64,000 bases of DNA from an uncultured Gammaproteobacteria bacterium (GCA_964362665.1 CAYIFB010000004.1:13349-77348); one strand, 5' to 3'; shown: positions 1 through 11,139, counted from the stretch's first letter. Made by a program: numbers and translations. The notes: generated from the letters alone by a model not told the origin.

Positions 1-2
1 TC

Positions 3-1808
3 GTTGCTCCCAATGAGCTTACCAAGGAAACGCCATTTATAAAAAACAATATTGCCGCCACCCGACACGCTTTTGGTTTGGATAAGATTGAAGAGCGGGA
101 AATTTCAGGGGATAAACCATTAACTGCAGCTGATATTACCAACAATAACCTTACGATCAAAAACGTCCGCCTTTGGGACAGGGCCCCACTTCTTTCCACA
201 TTCTCCCAAATACAGGAAATAAGAACGTATTACGAGTTTACCTCTGTTGATAACGACCGCTATACCATTGATGGAGAAATCCGCCAAATCATGCTTTCGC
301 TGCGAGAACTGGCATCAGAAAGTCTTCCCAATAGAAGCTGGATTAACGAAAAACTGACATTTACTCATGGATATGGTCTTGCAGCAGGACCGGTCAATCA
401 GGTGACTGCAGAAGGTTTACCGGTTCTTTTCGTTAAAGACCTACCGCCAAAATCCGACGTTAAAGAACTCACTGTCACCCGTCCGGAAATTTATTTCGGA
501 GAACTGTCAAATGATTACGTATATGTCAAAACTAAATCCAAGGAATTTGATTATCCCAAAGGAGAAGAAAATGTATTCACTACATATGAAGGTAAAGGAG
601 GTGTAGAGATTAATTCACCCATCAGACGCCTTTTTTATGCAATACGTCTTGGCTCGCTCAAGCTGCTTTTATCAAACGATATTACCAGTGACAGCAAGAT
701 ACTCTACTATCGCAACATCAAAGAAAGAGTTGCTAAAATTGCCCCATTTTTAACTCTTGATCAGGATCCTTATTCAGTCGTTGCTGACGGAAAGATTTAC
801 TGGATTATCGATGCCTATACGGGAAGTAGTCTTTATCCTTATTCACAGCCTTTACCGCTAAACGGCGATAGGGTGAACTACATCAGAAACTCGGTAAAAG
901 TAGTGGTTGACGCCTATGACGGAACAGTTACTTTTTACCAGGCGGATAAAGATGATCCGATTATCGAAACCTATGCCAAGATTTTTCCAAAAACTTTTCG
1001 TCCACTTAAAGATTTACCCGATAGTCTAGTTTCTCACTTACGCTATCCCGAAGATATTTTTACCCTGCAGACAGCCATCTATACTACCTACCATATGGAT
1101 GACCCGCAGATCTTTTACAACAAAGAAGACCAATGGGAAATACCGGCGGTTGCTTCCGAAGGAGAAAAAGACACTACCAGTAAAACCCCGGTAATGACTC
1201 CAAGGCACATGATCATGAAACTTCCGGGAGAAAAGAAAGAAGAGTATATCCTTATGCTTCCTTTTACCCCGCGTGCCAAAGACAACCTCTCTGCCTGGAT
1301 GGTAGCAAGGAATGATAAAGAATTTTACGGAAAACTTCTGGTTTACCGATTCCCTAAACAAAAACTTATCTTTGGTCCTAAACAGGTTATCGGTAGGATC
1401 AATCAGGACGCGGAGGTTAGTCGGGAAATTACGCTGTGGGATCAGCGGGGATCACAAGTCATTCAAGGATCCCTTCTGGCTATCCCCATTGAGGAATCGC
1501 TCCTCTATGTTCGCCCGCTCTACCTCAAGGCGGATGCAGGCAAAATCCCCGAACTCAAACGGGTAATTGTGGCCTATGAGAATAAAATTGCTATGGAAGA
1601 AACTCTTGAGGCTGGACTCGCCCGGATTTTTGGTACAAGCGCCGCAAAACAGGCAACTGCCGTTCCTACCCAAAATGTTCAAGAAATTATCAAACAGGCA
1701 AGTGAAACTTATGACGCCGCCACCCGCGCCCAAAGAGAGGGAGACTGGGGAAGATATGGGGAGGAGATAAAACGTTTGGGAGAAATATTAAATAAGCTGC
1801 GTCAATAG
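3..1808 (+). CDS. UPF0182 family membrane protein (5'-truncated by window edge)
   Basis: Frame is open from base 3 ([17 protein letters not shown]...). Motifs [56 protein letters not shown] are typical of UPF0182. Confidence 0.9.
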   Translation, partial: VAPNELTKETPFIKNNIAATRHAFGLDKIEEREISGDKPLTAADITNNNLTIKNVRLWDRAPLLSTFSQIQEIRTYYEFTSVDNDRYTIDGEIRQIMLSLRELASESLPNRSWINEKLTFTHGYGLAAGPVNQVTAEGLPVLFVKDLPPKSDVKELTVTRPEIYFGELSNDYVYVKTKSKEFDYPKGEENVFTTYEGKGGVEINSPIRRLFYAIRLGSLKLLLSNDITSDSKILYYRNIKERVAKIAPFLTLDQDPYSVVADGKIYWIIDAYTGSSLYPYSQPLPLNGDRVNYIRNSVKVVVDAYDGTVTFYQADKDDPIIETYAKIFPKTFRPLKDLPDSLVSHLRYPEDIFTLQTAIYTTYHMDDPQIFYNKEDQWEIPAVASEGEKDTTSKTPVMTPRHMIMKLPGEKKEEYILMLPFTPRAKDNLSAWMVARNDKEFYGKLLVYRFPKQKLIFGPKQVIGRINQDAEVSREITLWDQRGSQVIQGSLLAIPIEESLLYVRPLYLKADAGKIPELKRVIVAYENKIAMEETLEAGLARIFGTSAAKQATAVPTQNVQEIIKQASETYDAATRAQREGDWGRYGEEIKRLGEILNKLRQ

Positions 1809-1881
1809 TTTCTTGTCGTCGCTTTTTAATCACTATTGATGGTGACAGCTAAGTTAGCCGAATTTGGCCATCCTCTTATTG

Positions 1882-2451
1882 CTACTTAAGCCAGCCTGTT
1901 TGATTCAGAGTATAAAGCACACCAATTGTATAGACAACATTTCTTAGAAGTCTCCCTCCGAAACCGGCTAGGAAATAGTATCGGTAAGGAATTCCATAGT
2001 GTCCTCCTACATAGCCTGCGATCGTATATAAGAATCCAGGAAATGGCAGCACGGCCATTGTAAATATCGCGCGGAGACCATATCTTGTGATGTATTTTTC
2101 GACTATCTCGTGTGTTTTTGATTTATTTTCAAATCTTTCTGTTTGACGACCGAAGTACCAGGCGAAAAACTCATCAATTGTGGAACCAAATGCCCCGATC
2201 AAGATGAGGACAACGGGGTTAAGTTTGGTCACTATAAAGGGTAAGATATAAAGTCCGTAACCGAAATAGTTGGCCACAAAATAACCTAAGTATCCTATAC
2301 CCTTAACTGATTCCAGACTACGGTATACGAACAAGGGAATGATCATGATAGTCAGCGCTGCTGCTCCTGCTGACAAGCGAAGGATTTCCCTCTTGCTTCT
2401 GAAATTTGGTAACTTTATTCTCATAATTTTTTTTATAGTATTAATTTTCAA
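1882..2451 (-). CDS. DedA/VTT (YqaA-like) membrane protein
   Basis: Hydrophobic protein with GSTIDEFFAWYFGR, VLPFPG and GRLLR segments resembling VTT/SNARE-associated motifs. Confidence 0.6.
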   Translation of the reverse strand: MKINTIKKIMRIKLPNFRSKREILRLSAGAAALTIMIIPLFVYRSLESVKGIGYLGYFVANYFGYGLYILPFIVTKLNPVVLILIGAFGSTIDEFFAWYFGRQTERFENKSKTHEIVEKYITRYGLRAIFTMAVLPFPGFLYTIAGYVGGHYGIPYRYYFLAGFGGRLLRNVVYTIGVLYTLNQTGWLK

Positions 2452-2547
2452 ATATCTTGAAGATTTTTTCTAGAGTTTTAGTCTAACACATTTCATGTGG
2501 AAAAGGTTCAGTGTAAAGCGAAAACAAACTGATATACTACAAGAGCT

Positions 2548-2664
2548 ATGATTGGTATTCGTTTGGATATCTTTCGGTGTAAACAAATTCGCAGAGCGAT
2601 CCATCACAATGAGTGGTGGTTTTCGGTTATTGATGTTGTTGAAGCATTGCTTCCGAAAGGATGA
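2548..2664 (+). pseudogene. Truncated Bro-N domain fragment (38 aa)
   Basis: Read by eye: MIGIRLDIFRCKQIRRAIHHNEWWFSVIDVVEALLPKG*. IR...EWWFSV.DVV.AL is the Bro-N N-terminal signature, and the frame stops right after it. Confidence 0.7.
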
Positions 2665-2834
2665 AGATGTTACTACTAGGTATAATCAGGAGAGTGCTAT
2701 TACCGCTCGTGCCTTTGGTCCTTTTTTATCTTCTGAAAAAAGGAGTGAAGAAAGATTCTAAAAAAAAATTCTCTCTATCAGATTTTGACAAAAGTAAAAT
2801 TGTAGAGGGGGAGATTGTTAAGGAGAAGAAATGA
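2661..2834 (+). CDS. Small single-pass membrane protein (57 aa, not in ORF track)
   Basis: MKMLLLGIIRRVLLPLVPLVLFYLLKKGVKKDSKKKFSLSDFDKSKIVEGEIVKEKK*: TM helix, basic stop-transfer segment, IVEGEIV tail. ATGA overlap with the Bro-N fragment. Confidence 0.6.
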   Translation: MKMLLLGIIRRVLLPLVPLVLFYLLKKGVKKDSKKKFSLSDFDKSKIVEGEIVKEKK

Positions 2835-2835
2835 A

Positions 2836-2920
2836 AACTGAGTCGAAGGGCAGAATTGAAGTAGGTCGTAGATTTCGAACGAAGTCGAAGGTGCTGAGCG
2901 AATTCTGAGCTTGTAGAAGA
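2836..2920. repeat. Degenerate REP-like repeats (GTCGAAGG / CTGAGC units)
   Basis: agtcgaaggg, agtcgaaggt, ctgagcgaa and ctgagcttgtagaag share words with the element at 13170-13240. Confidence 0.45.
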
Positions 2921-2976
2921 CTGTAGTAAATTATCAATTTTGTACCTAAACGAGAACCATCCACTATTTTATAGAT

Positions 2977-3561
2977 TTAATTCATACCAATATACGATGA
3001 AATTCTTTTCGTCAGTTCGTCTCTCTGATTTTTTTGTTTTGAAGAATATGGTATGACTTCTGAATTTTGGCATACCTCTCTTATTTTCAAAAGTTGTTTT
3101 TCTTTTTGACCCATCTCTAGATTGTCCACTTTATTTGCCACAATAATATGATTTATATGGTGTTCAAATAAAGTTTTTAGCATATCAGCGTCGTAGCGGG
3201 TAAGACCCACTTTTGCATCGATAATAAGTATTACAAGCCTATTTGTTATCTCTGAATACATCAGATACCACAATATCATTTTCGCAAGTTTCTCCCTTTT
3301 TTCAGATGAATGTTTTGCATATCCGTACCCGGGAAAATCGACAAAATAAAAGGAGTTATTGATAAGGAAAAAATCCAAGCGGATTGTTCTACCGGGGTTG
3401 GAGCTTGAGCGGGCAAGATTTTTCCTCTTTGTCAGTGAATTTATGAGAGTTGATTTACCGACATTTGACCTGCCCAGAAATGCCACCTGAAAAATTCCGT
3501 TGTTTAAGATTTCATCAGTGCCTAGTATTCCTTTGACGAAAGCCGCTGATTTTATTTTCAT
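2977..3561 (-). CDS. engB: Ribosome biogenesis GTPase YihA/YsxC
   Basis: GRSNVGKS, PGRT, DFPGYGY, NKVD motifs; 194 aa. Confidence 0.95.
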   Translation of the reverse strand: MKIKSAAFVKGILGTDEILNNGIFQVAFLGRSNVGKSTLINSLTKRKNLARSSSNPGRTIRLDFFLINNSFYFVDFPGYGYAKHSSEKREKLAKMILWYLMYSEITNRLVILIIDAKVGLTRYDADMLKTLFEHHINHIIVANKVDNLEMGQKEKQLLKIREVCQNSEVIPYSSKQKNQRDELTKRISSYIGMN

Positions 3562-4742
3562 TTATTAACTTCTAAAATTGTAGACATCATCATACTTGCC
3601 TTACCTATCTCGTATAATATTTTTTGTTTCTTATCCCCTGTTAAAAAATATGGTTGACCGTAATTTTCGATTTGCAGAGGAAAAAATTCTGCATCTATTA
3701 ATTTATCATCATAGAATGTATATTTACCGATTACCCCCTGCTTAGTCTTTATACTCCATTCCTGGTCAAAGACAAAATTGCCGTGGGAGTATGTAATAAG
3801 CTTATCTTTATAGATCTCCACCGGCTGTATCCAATGAGGATGATTGCCGATAACTAAATCAGCTCCGGCATTAACAGCCAAATGTCCCAGATATTTCTGC
3901 CTCTCATCAGGCTGATCTTTATATTCAGCTCCCCAATGAAAGGTTACTATTACTATTTTTGCCTGCATCTCCGCCTCTCTAATGTCATTTTTTATCTTTC
4001 CTTCATCAACATCCGAAATGCCCGGTTGGTTTTTAGAAATATCGTTAAATCCAAGGAAAGCAAATCTTATTCCTCTTATGTCTTTAATAACCAAATTGGA
4101 TAAAGCTGTGCCTGTTGTTTCAATTCCGGCATATTTTAAGTGGTCAATAGTCTCTTTTACTCCTTCTTCGCCATAATTACCTGCATGATTATTGGCTAAA
4201 GAAACTACATCAATACCTGCAAACATTAATCCTTCAATATTCCTATAATCACCGCAAAAAATCATCCCCTCATTTGTCATAGGACAGTTTTTTATTTCGG
4301 GAGACTCAAGGTTAGCAAATGTGATATCAGAAGCGTTGGTTAATTGATACGTCTTAAGATACGGCCAATTGAAATCTTTATGTCGTAGAATTTCAAAATT
4401 TACCGTTCTTGCCGGAATAATATCTCCTGTGGTAATCACGGTTCTTATTCTTCCGGCAGAAAGTGTGGCTACCCATTTATGGTCACTGTTAAAGATCTGA
4501 TTTATGGAAGGTGTTTTAGGCTGAAATACAGATTCTGCTTGAACATCATCCTCTTGAAATTTTTCATCTTCAATCCTGATCGGGTTCAGCATTACCGGCG
4601 GTTTTTGATAAATCAAAAAAAAGACTAGAGGAATAGAGAATATAAATACTATTAGAAGTATTTTCCAGATTATTATTAAAGTATGTGGATGATTTTCAAA
4701 TAACCTCATTTTTGATTGTTTATTTAAGGGGACGGCTCTCAA
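3558..4742 (-). CDS. CapA/PgsA family metallophosphoesterase
   Basis: TGDI, NLESP, SLANNH, HWGAEY, GNHPH, YSHGNF; N-terminal TM anchor. Confidence 0.9.
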   Translation of the reverse strand: MRAVPLNKQSKMRLFENHPHTLIIIWKILLIVFIFSIPLVFFLIYQKPPVMLNPIRIEDEKFQEDDVQAESVFQPKTPSINQIFNSDHKWVATLSAGRIRTVITTGDIIPARTVNFEILRHKDFNWPYLKTYQLTNASDITFANLESPEIKNCPMTNEGMIFCGDYRNIEGLMFAGIDVVSLANNHAGNYGEEGVKETIDHLKYAGIETTGTALSNLVIKDIRGIRFAFLGFNDISKNQPGISDVDEGKIKNDIREAEMQAKIVIVTFHWGAEYKDQPDERQKYLGHLAVNAGADLVIGNHPHWIQPVEIYKDKLITYSHGNFVFDQEWSIKTKQGVIGKYTFYDDKLIDAEFFPLQIENYGQPYFLTGDKKQKILYEIGKASMMMSTILEVNK

Positions 4743-4763
4743 ATAGCCTTAGGATTGATAAAA

Positions 4764-5159
4764 TTATTTCCTAGCCAGTACTTCCTGAAATCTTTTAAAG
4801 TTCTTATTCCAGTCCATATACTCCATTCCAATTCCATGACTTACTCCGTATTGCTGTATTTCTTTATATTTTTCAGAATTCCATATTCCTTCATTTGGTA
4901 ATTCAAATATTTTATCTTTGAAAATAGCGTAAACTTTTTTATCGTTCCAAAATAGCAGATACCATTCCGGTAGAGTTTCACAGGTGAATTTTTTTGCCTC
5001 CTGCAAAACTTCGTTATCTTGGAATTTCAAATAATATGCGTGTACATACGGGTGATTTTGAGAAGTAGGTACAAATTCGATATCAACCTTAATGGCTTTA
5101 TAGTTATTAAGGACAAGAGGATTTCGAAGTGACTCTGACTCAATATAACCGTAATACAT
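4764..5159 (-). CDS. Hypothetical protein
   Basis: 131-aa ORF co-oriented with its neighbours; no recognised motif. Confidence 0.65.
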   Translation of the reverse strand: MYYGYIESESLRNPLVLNNYKAIKVDIEFVPTSQNHPYVHAYYLKFQDNEVLQEAKKFTCETLPEWYLLFWNDKKVYAIFKDKIFELPNEGIWNSEKYKEIQQYGVSHGIGMEYMDWNKNFKRFQEVLARK

Positions 5160-5279
5160 ATATTTCTGGTCTGATTTTAATTTATCGATTATAAAATATC
5201 AACAAAAATATTGAAGGGCGATTAGGGATGATTCAAACAGAATGGAGATAAGGTTTTGATTGATTTGAAAAATTGTAAC

Positions 5280-6527
5280 TTATTTCATCCGCTTTTGGAT
5301 ATCCTCTTCAACGTCTTTCAGATTTACTCCATATTTTTGTTGCGATTGTCTTTTTATCTCGTCATTATTTGATATTTTAGAATCTAAAGCTGGATATTCT
5401 TTTTTAAAATCTACCGGTTTCTCTTTGACTACCACATCTCCGTCCTTTAATGATTTAATATATGCATTATATTTATTAAGTAAACATAATTTATCAACTG
5501 ATATCTTCTGATTATGATATTCCGGAGCTATAATTTCCGCGTCTGAAGTAGCCAATCTGAAAGAAATTACCGAACCGATTCTGAGTAATGATCTCTTAAG
5601 CTGAATGTTCGCCTCAGATATTTTATTAGAAGTTAATACCAAATTCACTCCATATCTTCTATTTTCTGTCAGCATTTCGGTAATAAATGTTGCTGGCCAG
5701 GAAACTGCTTCATCAATATAGAGATTTATCGGAGTATTTACACTATGACTTTTTAATTCGTTTATTAATTTATACAAAAGTATGGAGGTAACTACTTTAT
5801 TTGCATCATTATATTTTCTTAAGTTTCCGAAGTTGAAAAGTATTATTCTGTTTTCAGAAATAAGTGAAGGGAAATTTATTGAAGACTTTGATTGACATAA
5901 AATTGACCGCATCATTTTATCAGTTACAAAAATACTGAGTTTCGAAACAATGTAATCCAGTATTTCTGATTTATGAAAGTCAGATGTCTGGGCGACCTGT
6001 TTATTCCAGTAATTTTGTATAACCGGATCTTGAACCTTCGGAAGTATTTTTTTTACATATTCTGTATCAGTCAGACAGCGAAGAAGTTCAATAAAAGAAG
6101 ACTGCTCATCGTACATGATCGTGGAAACGGCATTTCTGACCGCATGTTCAAATCTTGGTCCAATCACCCCTGTTCTATTCGGATCATACAAATCATACAT
6201 TAAATTTATTAAGAAACTGCTTATATCTTCTCTTTTTCCTTCTTCTTTTTCTTCAAATAAATTCAAACCGACAGGATAATCTTTGTTTCCAAGATCAATA
6301 TAAGCTATTTTTTGTTGTTCTTCTTGTGTAGAAGTTGAGAGTATCTCTTCAATTAGATCTCCATATTGATCAAATAAGATAATCGGTCTTGAAGCTATAA
6401 CATCCTGATTTATCAGATCGAGTAAATATTTCGATATTCCGACACCGGGACTTCCTGTAATGAGAATATTTCGGGTTCTATCCATGTCTGATAAAATTAT
6501 TTCAGAAGATAAAGTAAGATTATTCAT
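5280..6527 (-). CDS. VirD4/TraD/HerA-like P-loop protein with degenerate Walker A
   Basis: ITGSPGVGIS (Lys replaced by Ile), FDQYGDL, GPRFEH, LYIDEA, RRYGVNLVL; resembles CPR coupling-protein-like ATPases. Confidence 0.75.
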   Translation of the reverse strand: MNNLTLSSEIILSDMDRTRNILITGSPGVGISKYLLDLINQDVIASRPIILFDQYGDLIEEILSTSTQEEQQKIAYIDLGNKDYPVGLNLFEEKEEGKREDISSFLINLMYDLYDPNRTGVIGPRFEHAVRNAVSTIMYDEQSSFIELLRCLTDTEYVKKILPKVQDPVIQNYWNKQVAQTSDFHKSEILDYIVSKLSIFVTDKMMRSILCQSKSSINFPSLISENRIILFNFGNLRKYNDANKVVTSILLYKLINELKSHSVNTPINLYIDEAVSWPATFITEMLTENRRYGVNLVLTSNKISEANIQLKRSLLRIGSVISFRLATSDAEIIAPEYHNQKISVDKLCLLNKYNAYIKSLKDGDVVVKEKPVDFKKEYPALDSKISNNDEIKRQSQQKYGVNLKDVEEDIQKRMK

Positions 6528-6644
6528 ATATTTATATCTTAATCGAATGTTCCTTTTAATTCAAATTATACTTTATGAATTAGAAAATTGTGAATATTAT
6601 TGAGGAAAATCTAATAGAGTATAAGTTCTCAACCGATGGGAATT

Positions 6645-7799
6645 TTATCTGAAAATTCGCGGGTTTATTTTTATTATCTTATCATCCCCTTCTTTCACCT
6701 GTCCCCGTCCGTCTCTGTTGCTGGTAGAAAGGTATATGAATCCGTCAGTTCCCAAAACGACAGCGCGTATCCTGCCGAATCTTTGCTTAAAGTGAGTGAT
6801 TAAATTAAGCTTATTTTCTTTGGTAATTTTTGCTTCATAAAGAGCTTCTCCCCGAAGACCTGAAAAAAATAAGCTGCCATTCCAATATATCATCCCTGAA
6901 GGTGCCCAGGTGTCTTCTGATCCTGATTGAATAACTGGAGAAACAAAACCTTCTTTTGTTTGATTACCGCGAACTTCCGGCCAGCCGTAGTTTGCTCCTT
7001 TGGTAATTATATTAATTTCATCATACCCTGTTTGGATTCCCGATGGCCCATGTTCTGTTTCCCAAAGAGTTCCGTCTTTGTCCCAGGCAAGTCCTTGAGG
7101 ATTTCTATGCCCCCAAGAATAAACTGCATTTCCGAAAGGATTATCCGATGGAATATTTCCATCGTCTTTAATCCTTAATATTTTTCCATTAAGAGAGTTT
7201 TTATCCTGCGCAAGATGAGAATTTTCTGCGTCTCCCGTCGTAATGTACAGATATCCGTCAGCTCCGAAGGCTATTCTTCCACCATCGTGATTTGATGAGC
7301 CTTTAATCCCTTGTAAAATAGCTTTTCTTTCACTTAAGGTGTCATTTAAAAATTTATATCTCTCAACCCTGTTAAATATTCCACTCGCATCTTGAGATGT
7401 AGAGTAAAGATAAATATAATTATTTAGAGAAAAATTCGGATGAAGGACAAGACCCAGAAGACCCCCTTCACCTATATGTTTTACTCCTTCAATTTCTTTT
7501 ACTACTTGAGTTTCAGATCCAATTATCAGAAGTTTTCCGGACCTTTCGGTCACCAGCATATCGCCAGTAGGTAAAAATGCAATTTCCCAGGGAATGTCCA
7601 GATTTTGGGCAACAATCTTAATATCTTCGGCGTTTGACGGGGTGGTTTTTAAATTTACCTCATCCTGAATGATTTTCTGTCTTGGAGCAAAGAAATAATA
7701 TCTTAACTTTGCTCGAAAATGAAAAATAAAAAGAACAAAAATGATTATAGAGATTAATAAATAATAAAATTTATTCTTGTATAACTCATTTATCTTCAT
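6645..7799 (-). CDS. PQQ-dependent sugar dehydrogenase (GSDH/YliI family)
   Basis: PWEIAFLP, GEGGLLG, HDGGRI, GHRNPQGL, EHGP, NYGWP, GRIRAV. Confidence 0.92.
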   Translation of the reverse strand: MKINELYKNKFYYLLISIIIFVLFIFHFRAKLRYYFFAPRQKIIQDEVNLKTTPSNAEDIKIVAQNLDIPWEIAFLPTGDMLVTERSGKLLIIGSETQVVKEIEGVKHIGEGGLLGLVLHPNFSLNNYIYLYSTSQDASGIFNRVERYKFLNDTLSERKAILQGIKGSSNHDGGRIAFGADGYLYITTGDAENSHLAQDKNSLNGKILRIKDDGNIPSDNPFGNAVYSWGHRNPQGLAWDKDGTLWETEHGPSGIQTGYDEINIITKGANYGWPEVRGNQTKEGFVSPVIQSGSEDTWAPSGMIYWNGSLFFSGLRGEALYEAKITKENKLNLITHFKQRFGRIRAVVLGTDGFIYLSTSNRDGRGQVKEGDDKIIKINPRIFR

Positions 7800-7885
7800 A
7801 TTACATCAAAATTGTTTTAGGCCGCATCCGATAATAACTTGATTGTATCGGTGTTGCACAAAGAGCCGTAATCATCAATGACCCT

Positions 7886-9541
7886 TCAGGTTATTGATGA
7901 ACGGGCTCTTAGAGTTTTTTTAACTGTCATGATTTTGAAGAGAATAAAAATAACCGTAAATATTGATATCAAATTTGATATTGTCACAATAAGCGGATCC
8001 TTATAATACATTATAATTTCATGTCTGCCCTGCTCAAGCGTTATATGCGTTCCATTTATGATATCCACGGGTTGTATTCTTCTGTCATCAATCGTAATAT
8101 TCCATCCGGGAAAATATGCACGATGAATTTTTACGATACTTGCCGTATTCACCGTAATAAGAGCATAACTTACCAAATCCTGTCTTTCCTGTTTTAATAT
8201 ATTCCCATTCCCCTTTATCAATATAAATTCGTTCTTGTCACCTTTTCTGTTCTCTGCTTCAAGCAAATTTATATTCATATAATGTGGTGTCCTTTCACCA
8301 TCAACATCAAGACTTCCTTGATAATTTGGCAGAAAGGCAAGGTTTATATCTTTATTCAAAACACCCAGATGATTCCTATTTGCCACTATTACTCCTATTA
8401 CCATAAAAATACCCAAAATTATTCGTCGGGATGAATTTTTCATATTGCTTAATATTATTGCCGCGATTATCCCACTTACGATCATTGGTATATAAAGTAA
8501 CCGGAAAGGAAATTGGAGATTAGCTATAAAAGGAATGTTCAGCCAAAACCATTTTGAGACAGGAAGCATTAAAAAAACTGAAATCCAAAAAACTGACAGC
8601 CAGAATAATAACTGATAAAATATTCGTTTTTTACGTAGATAATATATCAAGAGTAAGTTTCCTAAGATAAATAAAAATATATTCATAAGACCTATTTCAT
8701 AAGACATAATCAGCTTAATACCGCTAATATATCCTCCTTCCCATGCAGAGCGTATCAATGCAATTGCAGGCGGGAAAAATAGAGTCGATATACTTTTTTG
8801 GTAATTTGCGAGTAAACGCTCAAAGTTAAGCGCTGGAAGCCAAAAAAAGGCGGAAAGTAAAAGTCCGGTTATTATAATTTTACATCTGGCCTTAAAAATA
8901 CGGAGTTTTTTATCTTTTATAAATTTTAATCCAATGAAAAAACAAATTATTATAAATGTAAAAAACGCCAAACCTTGGTGAGAGTATATTAAAAGAGACA
9001 AAGAGACAGATCCCATGATGAATATCCATGGATCCAGTGGTGATTCAAAAGAATAAAATACAAAAGGTATAAAAGCAAAAGCAAAAATTTCGCCGAGTGC
9101 CCCTCGGATAAACGTATCTAAAAACCTGTAGGGAGTCCATAAAAAGATAGTCGCAGCAACAAATGCTATAAATTTATCATGCCAACTTTTCTTCACCCAT
9201 AAATACATACCGAAGAACGAAACTATATTGGGCAAAATAAGAAGAATTTTAAATACCCCCTCATACGATGCACCTAAGATTTTGATAATTGCCCCGGTAT
9301 AATATGGTACTCCCCAATATACGGAAAAAAGAGGAGATCCATATCCATATAAGACGTTTGGCAACCAGCGGGGTAAAATTACTGCGTGCTTTATAGACTC
9401 AACAAGTATAAATATTCTTTCTATGTGCAATAGAAAATCATGACCGTCAACAAAGCGTACAAAAAATATACGGTAAAAAGGAATAATAGACCACAACAGT
9501 AATAGAAGACCGGGAAAAACTGATCTGATATTATGCCTCAT
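7886..9541 (-). CDS. GT-C fold membrane protein (PTPS-related/YfhO-like)
   Basis: GHD..H..R, PRW....YGYG.P.F, PYRF.D...RGALGE, LSAFFWLPA, QFPFR, YFPGW. Confidence 0.8.
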   Translation of the reverse strand: MRHNIRSVFPGLLLLLWSIIPFYRIFFVRFVDGHDFLLHIERIFILVESIKHAVILPRWLPNVLYGYGSPLFSVYWGVPYYTGAIIKILGASYEGVFKILLILPNIVSFFGMYLWVKKSWHDKFIAFVAATIFLWTPYRFLDTFIRGALGEIFAFAFIPFVFYSFESPLDPWIFIMGSVSLSLLIYSHQGLAFFTFIIICFFIGLKFIKDKKLRIFKARCKIIITGLLLSAFFWLPALNFERLLANYQKSISTLFFPPAIALIRSAWEGGYISGIKLIMSYEIGLMNIFLFILGNLLLIYYLRKKRIFYQLLFWLSVFWISVFLMLPVSKWFWLNIPFIANLQFPFRLLYIPMIVSGIIAAIILSNMKNSSRRIILGIFMVIGVIVANRNHLGVLNKDINLAFLPNYQGSLDVDGERTPHYMNINLLEAENRKGDKNEFILIKGNGNILKQERQDLVSYALITVNTASIVKIHRAYFPGWNITIDDRRIQPVDIINGTHITLEQGRHEIIMYYKDPLIVTISNLISIFTVIFILFKIMTVKKTLRARSSIT

Positions 9542-11139
9542 TAATTCTTTGAGTAAATATAAAACCAGGTTTTAGCAGGCTGATATATGCTTAGAGAATA
9601 AAATTGTTTTATCAGTCTTAATTTGTCCAATTTTGACGTTGAGATAAATAAAGAGTTTTCTTCTGTTAGGACTTTCTCCATAATTTTCTCTTGGGATACA
9701 AATTGAATATTGGATATTGAAAGTCTGTTATTTTCTTTCTGAATTAAACTTGGATCGATTTTATTATACCAGGCAAAAAATATAAAAGGATTTGCATATT
9801 CATCGTTAAAATAGATCGATCGATAATTTTCTCTCTGTTGCCAAACAAACGGAATAACATCCTGAAAATATCCCTGCCAGAAATATTCAGAATCTTGCTT
9901 ATAAAGCAAAGCGTAATCCTTGATATAAAAAGAAATATTGATTAAAAAAGACGCTATTATAATTATTATTGCAACTTTATAGAATTTATATTTTTTGGCA
10001 AAAGCCAATGTAAAAACCAAACCGAGTGTTATAAAGTAAGCAAAAGCCGGTAATGCTATTAATGTTCTTCCCGCATGTGGTATGTCATTTGTTAGTGAAG
10101 CCGGAATTGGGGCTAAAAACAACCAGGATACAAAAAAAATATTGATTTTATTATTAAAACCCTTCATATTAAATAAGCCGATAATTAAAAAAGGAAGACA
10201 AATAACAAGTAAATTACCATAATTCGGAAAAGAAGTTGTTGGTGAATTTCTGTCAAAAAACAAAAAGTCGGTCTGAAAATGTATTAGGTAATGTTTGAGT
10301 ATCTCTCCTGCAAGTACAAGTCTTCTATTGCTAATTATTCTGCATAATGGCAAATGCGCTTTTTGACAGCCGTCGTAAAGATTATTAGTTTTGACTGCGA
10401 TATATGGTTCATTGGTAATTAGTAAAAATTTAGCATGAATACCGGCCACTCCGTATACGGTTTGCCATAAGATTACACCGCCGGTTAAAATTATTAATGT
10501 AATAGCCAGCCATTTTTTTATTATTTCTTTCTTTAAATTTTTTCTGAAAAACACTAAAAAATAAATTAACAAAATTACTGGCACAAAAAAGCGGGAAGAA
10601 TTATATGTGTACATGGATAAACCGAAAGATAAACCAGCAAGTATCTGGAAAAATTTTCTCTCAGTAACAAAAAAATAAAATCCTGCGGACATATAAGCAA
10701 ATGAAATAATCGGATCTAATGCAGCGCGGCTAAAATGGATATGCCATGGGGATATTGCAACAATTAATGCTGTCAGGAAACTAAGAATATTATTATTTGT
10801 TACTCTAAGCATAAAAGCATATAAAAAAAGAATGCTGACAATACCTAAAATGGCCGGAACGATACGTATCGAAAAATTTGATTCTCCAAATAATCTAATT
10901 ACGGGAATATACATATATGAAAGCGCCGCAGGTTTATACTCACCAAATGATTTAAGATACATCGGGTTTTTCACTCCCCATTCGTCTTTGCCTGTGAGCA
11001 TAAGAGAATACGCGTTATAGCCATAAGCAGTTTCGTCCCAATTTAAGCCATATGGAATACTGCCTATCCACAAAATACGGAAAAATGCAGATATTAAAAT
11101 AAGGAATATATAAGTAAATAATTTATTATTACGACTCAT
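9541..11139 (-). CDS. ArnT/GT39-like glycosyltransferase
   Basis: NWDETAYGYNAYSL..TGKDEWG, ISPWHIHFSR; multiple TM segments. Confidence 0.85.
   Translation of the reverse strand: MSRNNKLFTYIFLILISAFFRILWIGSIPYGLNWDETAYGYNAYSLMLTGKDEWGVKNPMYLKSFGEYKPAALSYMYIPVIRLFGESNFSIRIVPAILGIVSILFLYAFMLRVTNNNILSFLTALIVAISPWHIHFSRAALDPIISFAYMSAGFYFFVTERKFFQILAGLSFGLSMYTYNSSRFFVPVILLIYFLVFFRKNLKKEIIKKWLAITLIILTGGVILWQTVYGVAGIHAKFLLITNEPYIAVKTNNLYDGCQKAHLPLCRIISNRRLVLAGEILKHYLIHFQTDFLFFDRNSPTTSFPNYGNLLVICLPFLIIGLFNMKGFNNKINIFFVSWLFLAPIPASLTNDIPHAGRTLIALPAFAYFITLGLVFTLAFAKKYKFYKVAIIIIIASFLINISFYIKDYALLYKQDSEYFWQGYFQDVIPFVWQQRENYRSIYFNDEYANPFIFFAWYNKIDPSLIQKENNRLSISNIQFVSQEKIMEKVLTEENSLFISTSKLDKLRLIKQFYSLSIYQPAKTWFYIYSKN

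Noticed and set aside
2552-2761. 69-aa ORF from the track
   Set aside because: It overlaps two more convincing frames, the Bro-N fragment and the 57-aa TM protein.
2760-2768. Possible frameshift or phase variation at the A run
   Set aside because: The run is 9 A and keeps the 2661-2834 ORF in frame.
5280-6527. Conjugative element suggested by the VirD4-like gene
   Set aside because: No relaxase, VirB genes, integrase or att-like repeats nearby.
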